Assembly (NCBI RefSeq): GCF_001186125.1
Contig: NW_014040551.1
Coordinates: 137,475 to 171,174 of the forward strand
Direction: 5' to 3'
DNA length: 33,700 nucleotides
DNA from: Sphaeroforma arctica JP610
Taxonomy: Eukaryota
Below, one piece after another: positions 33,646 through 33,700 of the stretch (the first letter of the stretch is position 1; each line of letters begins with the position of its first letter). The notes beneath the pieces are model-generated. The model saw nothing but the letters and a program-made list of their open reading frames with translations, was not told the DNA's origin and searched no databases. The translations under genes were made by a program, and so were the position numbers.

Positions 33646-33700
33646 ACTTCGATGGAAATTACTAGGTTTCAAACTATATTAAACTAAAATACAATTTAGT

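Overview
Gene-dense, intron-rich (GT-AG) eukaryotic DNA with TA/CA microsatellites in introns and five N gaps. The gene content and style suggest a unicellular opisthokont or holozoan draft assembly (inference only). In order, the window holds: the 5' coding exon of a minus-strand gene that leaves the window; an ankyrin plus C-terminal zinc-ribbon gene (+); an unidentified multi-exon gene (-); RNPS1/SR45 (-); GNB1L/Asa1-type WD40 (+); GGACT (-); a USP4/11/15-like deubiquitinase (+); a decayed Sola3-like DDD transposase (-); and a decayed APE+RT non-LTR retrotransposon (+). The three most notable observations are an intact exportin-7-like exon sitting alone inside GGACT intron 2 (misassembly or captured/interleaved exon), a RING/MYND-like Cys/His finger plus two PPPPPY motifs in the deubiquitinase, and the Sola3-like element with a Cys-rich N-terminus. 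All gene models were spliced by eye and family calls rest on recalled motifs, not database searches.
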